Assembly (NCBI GenBank): GCA_040954595.2 | Contig: CM082594.2 | Coordinates: 8,501,573 to 8,565,572 of the forward strand | DNA from: Balanoglossus misakiensis | Taxonomy: Eukaryota > Animalia > Hemichordata | DNA length: 64,000 nt | Reading direction: 5' to 3' | Shown here: piece by piece, positions 1 through 14,400 of the stretch | Numbering within the stretch: position 1 is the stretch's first letter | Layout: every line of letters begins with the position of its first letter | Program-made: the position numbers and the translations under genes | Notes under the pieces: model-generated | Databases searched by the model: none | What the model saw: the letters and a program-made list of their open reading frames with translations, nothing else | Told to the model about the DNA's origin: nothing

Positions 1-1094
1 ATACATGCTTATTTAGCCGAGGAGGAAACGGTGATGAGATAGTGGGAGAGAGTGAAGGCCAACTTATGCTGTAGTCATTAGGAATAATGAGCAAGTTAGT
101 TAAAACTGGCATTTCATTACACATGATTATTACCACGGCGTCAAGTCATCATTCTTATCGGGCTCATCTCGTCTCTATCATTAGAGATGTGTAGGACATC
201 CATCATTACCTGGAGGAGAGGAACAGGCAGCGTCTGTGTATGCTGCTGTGACTCAAAATTTTTTTTCTTCTTCGAATATCCCTTGCAAGTCGGCATTATT
301 GACAAAACAGTCTGTCTGGCAAAATCGTGTCAGATCTTGTCTTACACCGGTCACATCATTGTAGTTATTCATGTCATACATTCAATTCAATCAGCACTGT
401 TTATCCCTCATCTCAGCTGTGTGTACACTTCAACAACCCTTCTCCCTTTCAACTCAGTTGTGACATCATCATTTCCCTTCATCAATGTCAGCATATTTAA
501 AAGTCACCATCAGAAAAGATTTCCAGCGTACTAAACAAAGATGTTCATTTTCCAATGTAATTTGGCCGACTTCCTTAAGTCAATATTGTATTCCACTTTA
601 ATTGAGTCCAAATTGATCCCAAATTTCGTATTAATACAGAAAATGTGGCAACTGGAACATTCAATTCCTACAGGAGGATAGTGTATAATTAAAACCATAC
701 AATTTATTGGCACTTAAACAGTTTTGCTTTATACGACTCGAAATCGCTAATGTGATTTTCATCTTCACTTGTAGGAGTTGAGATTAGATTGAGGAAGTGG
801 GAACAGATGAGGTCACAGTTGATGATTATTTATTTGGTGCCCTTTCGTAGACTTTGCCAACAAAAAAGTATGACATGGCTGCTACAGGATGTCACCACAA
901 AAAGATGGATAATTTCTAGGCATCTACGTTGGTTCATTAAGTTTTACAAAATGTTAACATTGAAAATTACAAAAAATAAATGTGAATAGCAATAGTACAG
1001 GTGTTTTCGCAGCTGAGCTAGGTGCCATACATCTATGATTGTATAATACAAATATTAAGAATTATCTAAATATTTGTATTAACACAATTAGGAG

Positions 1095-1095
<1 letters not shown>

Positions 1096-1134
<39 letters not shown>

Positions 1135-1183
1135 ATTTATGTATGTATGTATGTATGTGTGTATGTGCATGTATGTATGCATG
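1096..1183. repeat. Compound microsatellite (TG)n-(TATG)n
   Basis: Direct reading: tgtgtgtg... followed by tatgtatgtatg... with degenerate tail. Confidence 0.9.
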
Positions 1184-2418
1184 TAAGTTCCAACAGGATC
1201 TGTTAAATCACTATTCAAAGCTTACAAATACTCAAAAATTTAATTTGTCAAAAGAGACCCTTTAAGATGTTCAATTCACTATACAGAATAATTGGATATC
1301 ATTGCTTTGAATTGGTAAACACAGCACCACTATGCTCTACTGACTCGTAACACAGTGTTACAGAGACAAACATGACCTGTACATACAAACTGTATTACTT
1401 CCTACAAGTGTGGTCAAATTTGCAAATGAAAATCCTTGTGAAGTTTCACAGTTAGATTAAAAGTAGAAGTCGGGACATCAATTTCTGTTGGTCGATAAAT
1501 TACAGGAGATCGCGAGTTAATACAAGAGACAAAACAAAGGAGAGAAAGGGATAGTATCTGATTTGAAGTGGAGCATATAAAATGTAGACATGGGGTCATG
1601 AATGCAAGTTGTGAACTGACAAGTTTGCAGATTAAACTGGGCTTGTAAATAAATGAAGAGTTGATGAAATAGCCGGCGTAATCAGCTGTAACTTGCGCTG
1701 ATCAGGCGGTAATTGGAACTGTGCTCCGTGAAGAGGCCCCGAGTAATTTGCCATTGGAAATTTAATTGTACCACTGTTCATGTTGGAAAAGTTAAATAGT
1801 GGTGTGCGGCGATGAGGGGAATGAAATCACCCAGACGCGCTCGTTAATCTCCGCGCGAAGAGCAATCGCTGGCAAATCAAATTGACTTCTGTTTGGATAT
1901 TCCTGTTATATATTTGACGACATTTCCACTCTCTTGCCGTCGGGGTCAGATAAATTGTCAATACACTTTTTATGACGTGGCAGCTTTTTTTTTCCTCGAC
2001 TGCACTGATGAAATTGATACTCGAAAATGTATTATCTGTATGAGGGGGCTGCCCTTTTATTCGTTTGAAGAAAAAAAATGACTGTGTGTGTCTGTGTGTG
2101 TGGTTATGAGCGAGAGGGTTGTTTACAGTGTTGGTGGCATCCAGACATGGTTGAACAAATTATCCAACAAATAGTGTATTGAAGCCAACTTTGTTCGGCT
2201 GTCAACAGGTTTTATGCCTGGCTTGATTGATAGCGTCATAACTTGAGCAGCTTTCTTTTAGCGAGGAAATGGTTCATTGCAATGTTTAGCTCTTCTCATA
2301 TTTCATGCTCACCAATTCTTTTGTCTTTTCCCTTTTGTTTCTCCTCCCGGGATGTCTGTGGCCACAATCACCGGAACACTCGACTGACTGTGAATGACCC
2401 AACTTTAATAACCTTCAG

Positions 2419-2421
2419 TTT
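2419..2421 (+). CDS. SOWAH: Candidate 3-nt microexon (TTT, Phe) of Sowah
   Basis: ccttcAG|TTT|GTAAGT. No AG between 2290 and 2416; branch-like TGCTCAC at ~2306-2312 followed by a pyrimidine tract at ~2316-2348. It supplies the aromatic residue of the SOWAH motif G-[F/Y]-TALHWAAK directly before the phase-0 exon at 14541. Confidence 0.65.
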
Positions 2422-5400
2422 GTAAGTACATTCTTTTATTGTCTCTTTTATACCTGTCTGACTGGAATCGGGGAAGAGAGGGGGACAGGGGAGGTCTGTT
2501 TGAAACAACAAAAAATCGTACATCAAAGAGAGAGCGCTGCCGGAACAAAGTGGTCGTCAGTTAACAGGGAGGACCTCTTGTCTCTGGTGCTCGGTTACTG
2601 TAGCTGAATCAGGCAGATGCTGAAGGGGGTTTGCTAATCTAGCATGCATTGAGATTCCAATCATCCATAAAAAGTTGAAACTTTGGTGCTGGTCTTCTGT
2701 GAAGTGGACGAGTTCAGTAGGTTTGCATTTTAAGTTGATGTCAGTGGTTCAAATACAATGAGCAAGATTTCACGAATCAACCTTGCCCCTTGGACACCGT
2801 GTGTGGAACTGCCCAGGTGGTTGGGGAAATCATAGAATCGATGGATGGTATCAGAGTTTGAGAGAAAATGTAACCAGGCTTGTCAAAGTACTGTTTGCAG
2901 ATTTCTCAGTCATGTTTTTGGTAATGCCACAAGATCATTCCAAAATGTTTTGAAGATCACACAATACCTTGCATAGATACTTTTGATTTGCTTTCAAAAC
3001 TTCGAGATCATGTTTGTAAAGTGTACGACACTGTGTGTAGATATGTCAAGTGTTGTGCGACATTTTCAAAACCTGTGAGGTGACATATGTGGAGTTCAGA
3101 AGACTCTGGGGGTGATGTTTGTTGGGTTCACAACCTTGTGCTATCTGACACTTGTCATCGCCAGAACATGGTACTCGAAATGACCGTTGATGGGAATGTC
3201 CTCTGGACTGCGGCTGACGTCTCTTCAACCAGGGTGTCACGTGAAGATACCATACGTGTTGGTCAAGTCTTATCATCTTGTGATTCAAAGATGTGTATGA
3301 AAGATTTGGAAAAAAAATCCATGCTTTGTAGATGACCTGTTATCTGCTATATGCCTGTTGGTTTTCTGATGTGTGTGTGCTGAGCTTGGTCTAAAAATGA
3401 CTGTGTGTTTCCAAATGAAGTTACTTTCTATTGGCATCACCTAGCTGCCCTGCAAGCATGCACGCATGAATACATAGCATGTCAGAACAAATGGCTGGTT
3501 CTGAATGTAACGTCTCTGCTCCATTTCAACTAATTAGAGAGATGGATTCAGGATTTTCAGTTGCGGAGTGGATTCGCAGTTTTTGCTTTTGGTTTCAGTG
3601 TTGTCGCAGGGCCTGGATTTGAAGTTGTTAGGGGGCTGGTTGCAGCGTTGGGTTCATAGTTGTTGTGGGACTAAAATCAGAGTTGTTGTTGGTCTGGATA
3701 AAGCGTTTGGCCAGATTCAAAGTGGTTCTGGCTGGATCAGAGTTGTTGCAGGCTGCAATGAGGATATACAGTTGCACTCATACACACAGTAGTCACATAC
3801 TCAACACGTGATTGATCAGTAGCTGGGTTGGCTGGCTGGGACACTTGATGCCATTTACAAATTATTGATGTATATGCTCTTTAACATGTTTCCTCCTGCG
3901 TTGGTGTTCACCTGGAGTCTGTTGAGTGGGCACAGGCTTTTCCTTGGTACACATCAAAATTAGCCCACAATAGACAAAACAGCTGCATCAATTTACACTA
4001 ATGTAGAAAACATATTATCGAGAGTCAAAACACATCAATTGAAGTGTACAGCATTTAAACGCATGTAAAATATTACCATATGAAAGCTGACAAGCTCATA
4101 TTGACCGCTACTGTGTGTTAGACAAAGGAGGAAAGAAAAGCTCGCTGTTGTAGATTTGTGGATATATGTCAGAGTACACCTAATTACGATGCTTTAATCT
4201 GACATTTCAGATATATTCATGGTAAGAGATTTCAGGGTTTGATATCTGAGAGGCGGAAGGCTGGAATTTGTGATTGATGTGCGGAGACGTCTTGCAGCAC
4301 GCTGCTGCTGCCAACATGTTGTACCCGCTCCGATGTCCCAGCATGCACCGGGATGTCGGAGAAATGCCCCTAGTGATGGGGTATTTTAATTGCCCATTGG
4401 CTCATTAGCACTGCCCGGGAACCCGGCCACGTCCTTGTCAGACACCCTGTCCTACACGCAGCCGGGCTTTGGGGTCTGTTGTTTACTTTGTCCAATGTAG
4501 CATAGTCTATGTTTGGACACTGTTCGCTCCGAGAGGCTAAGTAAGAATGTGACATATACATGTCCGGGCCGGTATAGGCAGCCCAGCGCTAATTAGTTAA
4601 CCATGTGTGCATCTTGTACTATGTACATAGTCTAAATCGTCCTCTCTCTTGGGCGTCTAATTACCAATCGGGGCGAACCGAACTTCTTCCGTCCTCCGCG
4701 TCCACAGATTGTGTCAGTGACTGACCACGTCTTGGAGAATTTCTCTCGTCTGCTGGATGATGTTATTATCCGAGTGCCTGCGTGTTCACCCCTGTTGCTG
4801 GGTTGAGCCAGTGTGATCAATACAAGGTGATCTTTGAGTGTGTAATCTTCATTAAATTCTGCCGGGTCACTTAGTGCCACAGTGACAGAATGTCCAACTC
4901 CCCCACTTTTAAAGGCAAAACTCATAAAACAGCCACCGGTCATTAAGAACGGGATGATTTAAGTTTATCGAGAAAGAGGGTGCCAGCCTTCACTCTGTGC
5001 CCAGTTAGGCGGGGTTATAAATCAAAGTTTTGTTTTCATAAAAAACCTGTAAAACATGTCTTACATTCAGTGTTTTTACGGTGCAGTATATTCTATGACT
5101 TATTGAGAGCATGTTAGTACAAAATTGTAGAGCCTTAACAACCATGTCTGTGATGACGTCTCGGTCCGGGACGACCTTCAGCTGTGTGTTTATTGCATTA
5201 CAGACAATGAGAAGGTGCACAAAAGCAGGGGCTGGACAGTTTATACACTGGTGCAGTTTTTGATGGAATAGAGGATGTAAAAGTGGACGCTGCCAAATTA
5301 GGCTGATGTGAAACAGCGGAAGATGGCCCGGAGTGGTCGGAATAGATTCGGTCACGCTGGGATCTCGGTTTTTCTTCTGCTCTGTTGGGTTTGGGAAATG

Positions 5401-8400
5401 TCCCCTCACGCGTCCCGACTTCCTTTCCGACCGCGAGCCCCCCCCCCCCCACACTTTGAAAGTAAGAAGGCTGGCGGGAGGGGATAGAGAGTGGCACGCT
5501 TCTGTGCGCGTGTGGTTTTGTCGATCTCCCACACGCTTTTGAAAGTTAGAAGGCCGGGGATGCCGCGTGAGGAGGAGAAGTGCCACAATGGTGGTTTTTT
5601 TTTTCTTGTGAAAGTTTCTTTCCCTTCCCGTGTCCCGACTGGTAATAGCTTGTATCACAATATTTGGACAGCTGAAGAGTTGACTTGTAAACTGGGATAA
5701 TTGTCCCCTCTCTTCTGGTGTCCTCACAAGCACTACGTGTAATTCTCACACCCCTTCCTATTATACCAGCCCAAAGATTTGTTAGTTTGCCCGGCTAACT
5801 GTCACCTTGTAGTTGTCAAAGTAACACAACAACAAAAAAACGACTGTGATTTATTTGGTTTTACTCACACTGTGTACAGTTATGTGTCCAAACATTGTAG
5901 AAACCGCTGCTTACAAGCGTGTCAAAACCGGCCCAAGGAGTTGTATCGTGCAGCCGAGGGGATAAGAGTTGAAATCTCCGGTAATCTAATCAGAAACATC
6001 TGAAGTGTTATAACAAGTGTGCTGATTAGGGCATTCTTCAGATCTAGGGTTTCACTCATTATTCCACTCCTAAAATTTAACAGTCGCATCTTAACCTTTT
6101 ACTTGTGATGGGCAGCTGTGTCCTGGCGCCTGTAAAAGTCAGTTTTATCCATATTTTGCTCCGCAATAAATGGCCCTCTTTCCCCGGGATGGCCGCTATA
6201 AAGAAAATGAGGGTTCTCAGTTATGCCTTAAGTGTGTGTAATTGGCACACTAATGCAATTTATTATTGAAAAAGATAGCAAGTATCTGGCAGCATTTCTT
6301 AATAATCCGAAACCCGAGATGCCCAGTACAAGTGGTGTTCCGCTCACTGTGCTGCGGACTGTCTGGACAAGGCCTGTTGCTACTGTGGAAGCTTACCCTA
6401 GGAGGTAGAGAGCACTGCGATCGGCATGCACTCACAAACAAGACAATTAAACGTCAGGGGACCCCACTGTGATTTAATGCTCATTACAACCATCGGGTTC
6501 ACAAGTTCACTGTTTCTTAACTAAAAACAGTAACTGCTAGAAATTACCAAGTTGTAATGGACCAGTCTGTGCTAGGTAGATCTGGTGTCAAATGTCACCC
6601 GTCTGTTGACAGTTTTATTTCTACTCCTATGTGATGTTGGGTTTTATTACAATATAAATATTATTGTATTTTACCAATGTGCAAATATAAATCATTATTG
6701 TAGGTACATGTGTTTTTTCTCCATATGATACTAAATTCCAATTAACATTGCTGTTTGCCTGGAGATTTTTCAACTTTGATTGTACATCAAGATTTTTTTC
6801 GCAGAGAAACGCAGCAAGCAGACAAAAATGTGAAAGAGGAAATTTCAATTTGATATTGTAAGCATAAAGTCAAACCACATGGTGAAGTCAAAGTTTACAT
6901 GATGTCGGGCAGCCATATTATTTTTATATGACGGCTAAAAACCAGTTCTTGTAAACGTTCTGATTTCCAATCAATTTGGCAGATGGTTCAATTTAGAAAC
7001 AATGATAATGAAAGAAGTAAAAGTCATTAAAAGACAATAAAATAAATGAAGTATTGTCTTGGTTAGCAATTTGGAAACACAGGTGCAAAAATCTTCTAAG
7101 TCAATGTTTAACATTCATCATTTCATCTTCTGACAATAAGTAATAAGAAAATATGTGGAGAGTGTAATAGATGAAAAATGAGGCATTATGGGGGATTATT
7201 AAAGTATGTATTATTGAAGTATTAATCATCTGTTTTGATTTGAATTAAAGTAGATGATGGCTCGAAAATGTTGCTGTCATAACTTGCTCTGGAGAAAGCG
7301 GGCATAAGTGATCCATGCAAACTTCCCTAACTGAGCATGCACCAATCTGCCTAACTGTACTGCATAGCATCAGAGAGAGAGATATTTAATGAAAATATGC
7401 AAACACACCAGTACGGCTGTGTTGTTGGCGGCCTAAAACAGACATTTGTGTCTGATGTCAAACATAATGTTGTATTGATCTCCAGAAAGATAAACCCAGA
7501 TGAGTTAATTCTCTGCACTCTCTTTGACCGAAAGAAGTTTACCATATCTCTGCAGTTAACCTCTGGTTTCTATACATAGCAATAAAGCAGTGATCATGAT
7601 GTTCTTATAAAGTGGTGTAGATTATGCTCATCTCTGCAGCAGTTTAGACAAAGATAATCTGTGCAGCGATGCGGATTAAGCTAATCTGTTTATTTCTCTT
7701 GACATAATCTCCACCATTGTATGGATGTGGATTATGAAGCTTTAAGACCTTCGAAGCAGCAAATGGAGCTAATCGCGCAACTCTAGTGGATAAGCATAAT
7801 CTTTGTGACAGATTAAAAATAATCGTGTAGCAGATAGAGATGATCCCAAAGCAGATAAGGATTAGCCATCTGCAGGCAATGATTATCTGTTTAGCAGCGC
7901 GTATAAGGATAAACTGCTCTCATAGATTGATGGTGATTTTTGCCACATTGTTGATGATTACGGGAATCGCCATGGCGATACAGATGAGTGCAGCGCTCGC
8001 AGTGCAACAGATAACCTCCGCTAGTTGGATCAAAGATAATCTCGGAGATAATCTCTTGATACAGCTCATCTCTTAATTGCTGCGGGAATTAGATAAACCC
8101 TGTATATAATTGCTGTAGAGGAGTGTAAACCAGTGTATTGTACATGGAGTGTCTTTGCCATACTGGGACTGGAGTGTTGCCATAGTTACCACTTCAGTGC
8201 CTTGTCAAACACCAAAACACAACACGAAAGTTGCTGTTCCACAAATTCTCAAGTGAATCGGTACAGAAGATACGATAATTATTATTCATAATGATTATGT
8301 TTAGGATATAAATATTGTTGAACAAAAATGCTATTTTAAAGAATCTTGGTCTACATTTGGTCTGAAGTATTGCCTTGTGTTTTATCACAGTAGGTTCTCA

Positions 8401-11400
8401 TCACAGCGTATCATGATAGCCACTCACTGCCACACATATTGCCTGGAAAGCTTCAGGTACACACAGACATGCAGTAATTTGACACTTTTGGGTGATTATT
8501 TATTAACTGCACAATATTTTAGACTAATCAACCTAGAGCAAATTTTATCGGAAATACTGTATACTTTTTATTTATTAATATTTAAGTTCCATAATATTTA
8601 TAAATATTTGAGTGCTGCTGATCTAAAATACCTAATCAGGCGAGATTGCAATCTGCAGGGTGTTCTGAATTTCAGGCGAATTGGTTTACTGGGAAATGAT
8701 TCTTTTGAATAATTTTTGTGGGTTTTTTCTTCAAAAAAGCCTCAGTAATTAGCTTTGTGCAGTCTCAAATTTAGTAAAATGGCTTTAAAATGTTTAGTGT
8801 GTAGTATAGTCAGTGTAACTTTCCTCGCCATGATATAGTGTCCTTTCAACCAATCTATAAAGTAAAATAGAGTAAAGCCCACTTGAAACCTCCATCATTG
8901 TTCTGCTGTTCAAATGTTCAATAAAAACATCAATCAAGTCGGTGCTCTCTCTCCAACAAATTGCGATCTAATGACACCCTAGCAATCAGGCCGCCAAATT
9001 CATCACTATCTGCCAAAATATGCGATGTGGTGTCAACGTTTTCTTTCGGATAATGACACGTAAACAAAACGAAATCTGCCTTTATAGGTGTGATGGCAAT
9101 TCTCTTACAATAACTCCACAGGAAATAATCTAAATCATTACAAGTAGTTGTGTGTAACGTTGACAATGTTTTTTTACCCAAAGTCCAAGATGACCTTATA
9201 GAAATGTAGTTACAAGCATGATACATCTTAGTAAATCAGCTTTAGCCTACACAAAGAAGCTGTTTCATGTCGAGATCCAGGTTTGGATTGTCTGTATTAT
9301 CTAACATTGAGATTCATTTAAAATCACACTGTCTTCTTTCAAGTGGTCGAACCAGATGAAAATATTTACACTCCAAGTGCACTAGATCCCAGTGCGCTAA
9401 CCAAAAGTGTCAGTGAAATAGAAAATCTTTTGTTGTTTTTTTAATTTGAAGAACAAAGAAAAGGAAAGTGACTTTTTGCCGTGTGTTTGCGTTGAGTTTG
9501 AGACTGTTGACTTGGTGATTTTTGAAGGAGTTTGGTTGCAGGGTTCGAGCTTTTGTTACACGAATGATTGAGAGATGACATCAGCTGCTACATCAGTGAA
9601 GATGTGAACTTTCTTCGCCACTCTGTGAGCCCGTTGTCTGACTTCTATCCCAGCAAGTGCGTGGATTCTTGATGTAATTTATGCAGACGTGGGTGCAGAC
9701 AGACGAACATGATGTCAGCATTTTTGCTGTGTGATCTCTATCTATTTATTCTTATCAGTAATACAGTTATGGTTTAATCTTATCATCCAATCTGACTTCA
9801 TTGTTGACATGTTTTTGGACTTGTATCCCCCCATCCAGTTTGGTGATTCACATACTTGGTTTGCTCAGCTTCGAGAAGAGTTCAAAGGTCACGTTTCTCA
9901 ACTTTTTCGTTTAGTAACCCTCCATGTATCCTAGAAATATGCAGCAAAGAGTCAAGGGGAATATCATTGTGGAGCACACACGCTCTGAAAGGTGTTTAAT
10001 TGACCCTTTTCTGATGTTGCACTCCAAACAACAATCGGACACAGCAGGCCCCGGTTAACAAACGAGTCATGTTAATTTAACTAATTCTTCCAGCACTATG
10101 TATAAAAAATGATTTTTTTCCGAAAAAAAAGACTTGTTGAATTTTTGTACCGAGTTGAACCCAGAGGAAGTGTCAAGTCACCCGTTAAAATTGACCTGTT
10201 GTCACGGTTACAATTAGGGGATAATTGAGTCTTGTAAGGGTGACCTTCAGTCTTGTTTCCACTTGTAGATTAGCGATTGTCAGCCAGAGATCTCACACAT
10301 CAATCAAAGGGAATAAGTCAACTTCAGCCATGTCCAGCCCTCTTGGCCAATCTGGTTGTTCCCGGCAACCGTTTCTCCCCCAGTAGTAAGATGAAGTGTA
10401 TACATGTAAAGCTGTAGCTTTATTTGATGTCAATTTGAGAGCAGACTGTCAAAAACTATTGTATAATAATATATGCAAGATCGTTGATAAAGGTCTGTAA
10501 ACTCAAATTGGCAGTGTTCCAGCTTCTGAAGAAGTCGTCGGATGTCGCTCACATTTTACTTCATTTCTCAAAAAAATTTAAAATCTAATTTAGGATGGGT
10601 CTATCTATATTAGTCATTGATAAAAAGAAATTTCTGGATCTAAAACAAAATATGTAGACTGCAAGATATGTTGTAACATCAAAAGTGGTGACATTAAAAA
10701 TTTGTCCTACACGTGTCATATAGATAGGTAAAGTATTATCTCATAGACTTATGATATCTGTTTAATACACTGTTAAGATAACTACATCATTCAATTGTTT
10801 CATAATGCATGATTTATTAGAAACCTTGATAGCTTCTAAGAAGATTTCAAACAAAATTGTGCAATTTTGGATCAAGATATTCAATTTTCATATCCCAAGA
10901 AATTATTTTGCTGCAATTTTCTCAAATTTTATATTTGTGTTTAACTATTAGAATCAGACTGGAATTTGCAGTTCATTTCTAGATTTATTACTGAATAATC
11001 AGATTTTGTCAAGTAGGTTTTTTTTCTGAAACGTGATGTTGTCAGCTGTTTTCTCTCCGAAAAACATGTTGATATATTAAAGCTTGGAGTGTTTCTGTAG
11101 TGTATGTTCTAGCTCAGCCTTGTGTATACATGCATGTTGCATACAGTTTCCTGTGTTCCAGTGCTGCGGTTGGATATATTGTCGCTTATAATTCATCCGT
11201 TCTTTTCCGCCACCATGATATGAAAATTCATTTTCTCATCTGCGTGGCGCTGTGTATTTTCCTATTGTCCAATTTGAAAACGAATACAATCGTTTATTGA
11301 AGGTAAATTTTGGCTTGATTACATTTTGGCCATGAGAGGTATCATTTGTTGGTTCGCGATGATTTCTGAGATACAGTTACATCTGGGCGAGTTTATCTTG

Positions 11401-14400
11401 GCTATGTTTCATGTAGATTTTCACAATGCGCTGCAGTAATAAAAGCTCTTTACCCCCACTCCAGTCATCAGCGTGTACACACAGACTACCAAATGTAATT
11501 TAGTTTTCTAAAAACTTTGTCAACGAAAGAGCAACCGTGTTCAAACATCACTTAATAGGGGTCTTGTTGGATTTCTGTCTCTAGCTGGGGAAGTTTGCAA
11601 GCAAGTCTGGAAATGTTGCTTTTAGTTGTATACCGAGTGCAGGCAGGCTTTTGTGCCGGGGTTTACACGACTAAATGAAGGACATTTACAGACTGGTTGT
11701 CCTGTTTGCCCGGTTAGTGGAATCTCTCCAACTGTACATAAGAACTGTTTGCTTAGCCTTAACAGTTCCAATCAGGAGCGTGTACTCTCATGCAAATGAT
11801 CAGCCACGGTGATGGATGTTCATCTGTTGACATTTTGTATGTACATCGCTGATGAATGTGTTTCTAGACGTTGTAACTACAGGTATTAACAGTTATTTTT
11901 ATCTGGCCCGGGCCCCTTTCAACAGAAATTAAATAGAGAACTCGGCGGCGACAACTAAACAGTCGCTAGCCGAGTGACTCCCATTCTCTCGCAAAACACA
12001 GCCACCTTTTGTGTGAATTGCATCAATTCTGCGGTTTGCTGCGTTGAGTAGTTTCGCCCGCGCAGTCACTGAGAGATGTAACCCCCCACCCCGACCCACT
12101 CTATGCAAGTAGCACAACACACAGTGATTTGGCAATATTTGAGTGAATTGATGAAAAAAAAAGGAAATGATATGCGATCGAGTTTTCAGATATGTGCTTA
12201 TATCAGGTGTGTTCTGAAAAGTCTTGAAATACGTCGACGTTATCCTCAGACAGGTACTAGTATTTTGTATAGACTAAGTGGAGCCCAATCTGGTGATAAC
12301 GTCTCCATCAAATCCCCTCCATCTGGCGTGATTATCACCGTATTAGTAGAACTACTACCTTGCTTATTCCCGGCAGTCGTGTCTTGTTGGTTTTTTCGCT
12401 GTGTAAGTAACCTCCCACCAAATCTAGATCTCTGATAATCCAAATCTACTTAGACGAACCAAGTGCGTTATCACACAGCCCCATTGCAGCAAAACAACAT
12501 CATGATTCTGTCGTTTAATGAAAAAATCAAACATCTCGATTTAGAGTTCATTGCTTTCGTGGAGTTCTGTTCTGTGTCTGTTGCGGGATGCCCGTAACGT
12601 TGCTTGATGTCGATCAAGCAACGTGTTGGACGCCGTGTTTGCAGTTCATAGCCATGTCAATGAACTTTTTCACTGATGTTACTGCGTGATGCTTTAACCA
12701 CAGGGGCCGGGGTAACGTGTGCCTTATCATCAGTCGCACACAATAGCGACATCAACTCACATCTTGAGTTCCCCCTCCATACTTAGACTGCCAGCGTTTA
12801 ATAACTTACACAAATACAGAGTTGATCTGGGCAGTGTTTGTCTTGGACAGACTCTGACTTCAATATCTGGGCTCTTTGCCTTTTTTTTCTTCTTCACCCC
12901 TGCCATCTTTGACGAGCGGGTATTAGACGGGTCAATATTGTAATGGAGATTAAAAGTGGTGTTGTATGCATCTGGTATGGAGTCAAAGAATTGAAAACAT
13001 GTCGGACAACATTGAAATAAGCGGAGACAATGCACGCAACCAGGTTCCCGGACGCAGAGAGATACGCAGAGATTTGTCCGGACTTGTTGCTGTGTATTTG
13101 CCTTCTGGATGTGAATGTTGGAGTTGACTCAGATACTTGGACAAGAATGTGAGAAAGGGAAAAGAGACATTGGAAGGACCCAGAGCACACATAAGAAAAT
13201 GTTCTAGAGTTTATTGGGGGAAGGGTGAAAGGTTAAGAAAACAAGGCTTTTGACAAATCTGACACTCTGGGTGAGGAGTTGCGTTTCTGCCCGATGGTTT
13301 TGACATGGCAGGCTTGTATTGTCGCTGTCCACTCACGAAACATGTTAACCCCAATAAATGTCATGTACAACAGAACTCGTATTAAGACTGTCCGAAGTTG
13401 AAAAGTTACAACGTGTAAGCCGTGTAATTCTGTCAATTTCTATTGTGCCGGTTGGCATAGCTTCAAAGAAAAATAGTTGCCAAGTCATACGGCGATGTGT
13501 GACAGCCTTGCTAATATTTCATCCCAGACCCTGTTGACAGTACAATTTGTATTGCGCTCCAGTTCTGTGTTTACAATAAATATTATTTACTGCAGGGGCA
13601 CTTGGTGAGAAATGCTGGTATCACTTCCCCCCTCTGAACGAGAAAAAGTCAGTTTCGTCAGTTGCACAATCTTTTGAGGAGTTTACGAGAGTCGTCGGGC
13701 CACTTTATGACCCGCCCTGTATCCAAGGCAGTGCTTCTTGGTGGCTGAAATTTTTGGGAAGTGCCGGTCGTAGAAATTATTCGCGCCAAAAAACGTGTTA
13801 CCAGGCATTTTATTTGAGCTGGGAGACAAGAGGAAACTTTTAAATCGATTTTATTAAAGGCTGTAAACAATGTATTCCTTTGTCGCGGAAGATGTGCTTG
13901 GCTAACTTTACATTTACGTTTCTCTGAGGCTGACAATCGCGACCATATTGCTAGGTTGGGATTGTCCTCGCTTTCTATTGTGTACAAGAAACAGTTATCA
14001 TTGATTGAGGAGTCACCTTACAGGGGGAAACCATCGTATAAGCCTGGAGGCTAGCCGTGTTGTGTACGCTGTAAAGACACAATAAAAACTGACAAAGACA
14101 GTCTCATAATTCAGGAGGATGGGACCAGTTGTTGTTTAGATGTGGGCTTGCCATCATCACTACCTATTGAAATAAACCAGTCATTTTAGTCTCCACCATG
14201 TAGGACATTTACAAAGCCATTGAAATCGTAAACCGTAATTTAGTTTTATGTATGTACAACAGGCAGCAACATGTTGGTTTCCATTGTTCCGCTGAAAATG
14301 TGTAATATGGTCGAGTGGTTTATGTATCAGTATCATTTCAAACACTTCTGTTTTTGTTATTCTGCAGTTTTATAAATAGTGTAAAAATGGATGTTAATGT

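Noticed and set aside
4211-4221. Possible 11-nt exon (ttcAG|ATATATTCATG|GTAAGA)
   Set aside because: Not a multiple of 3 between phase-0 exons, with a weak pyrimidine tract; at most a poison exon, and unsupported.
5005-5733. 242-aa minus-strand ORF and overlapping short ORFs
   Set aside because: No recognisable domain, includes homopolymer-derived runs (GGGG, KKKK), and lies in a GC-richer patch of Sowah intron; more likely regulatory DNA.
10384-10385. cccccAG|TA|GTAAGA 2-nt exon-like signal
   Set aside because: It would frameshift the phase-0 junction, and no partner microexon restoring frame was found.
187-13987. Numerous 60-115 aa ORFs in the 5' region
   Set aside because: No homology that I can recognise, many begin at non-ATG codons, and there is no coherent splice chain; consistent with chance ORFs in intron.
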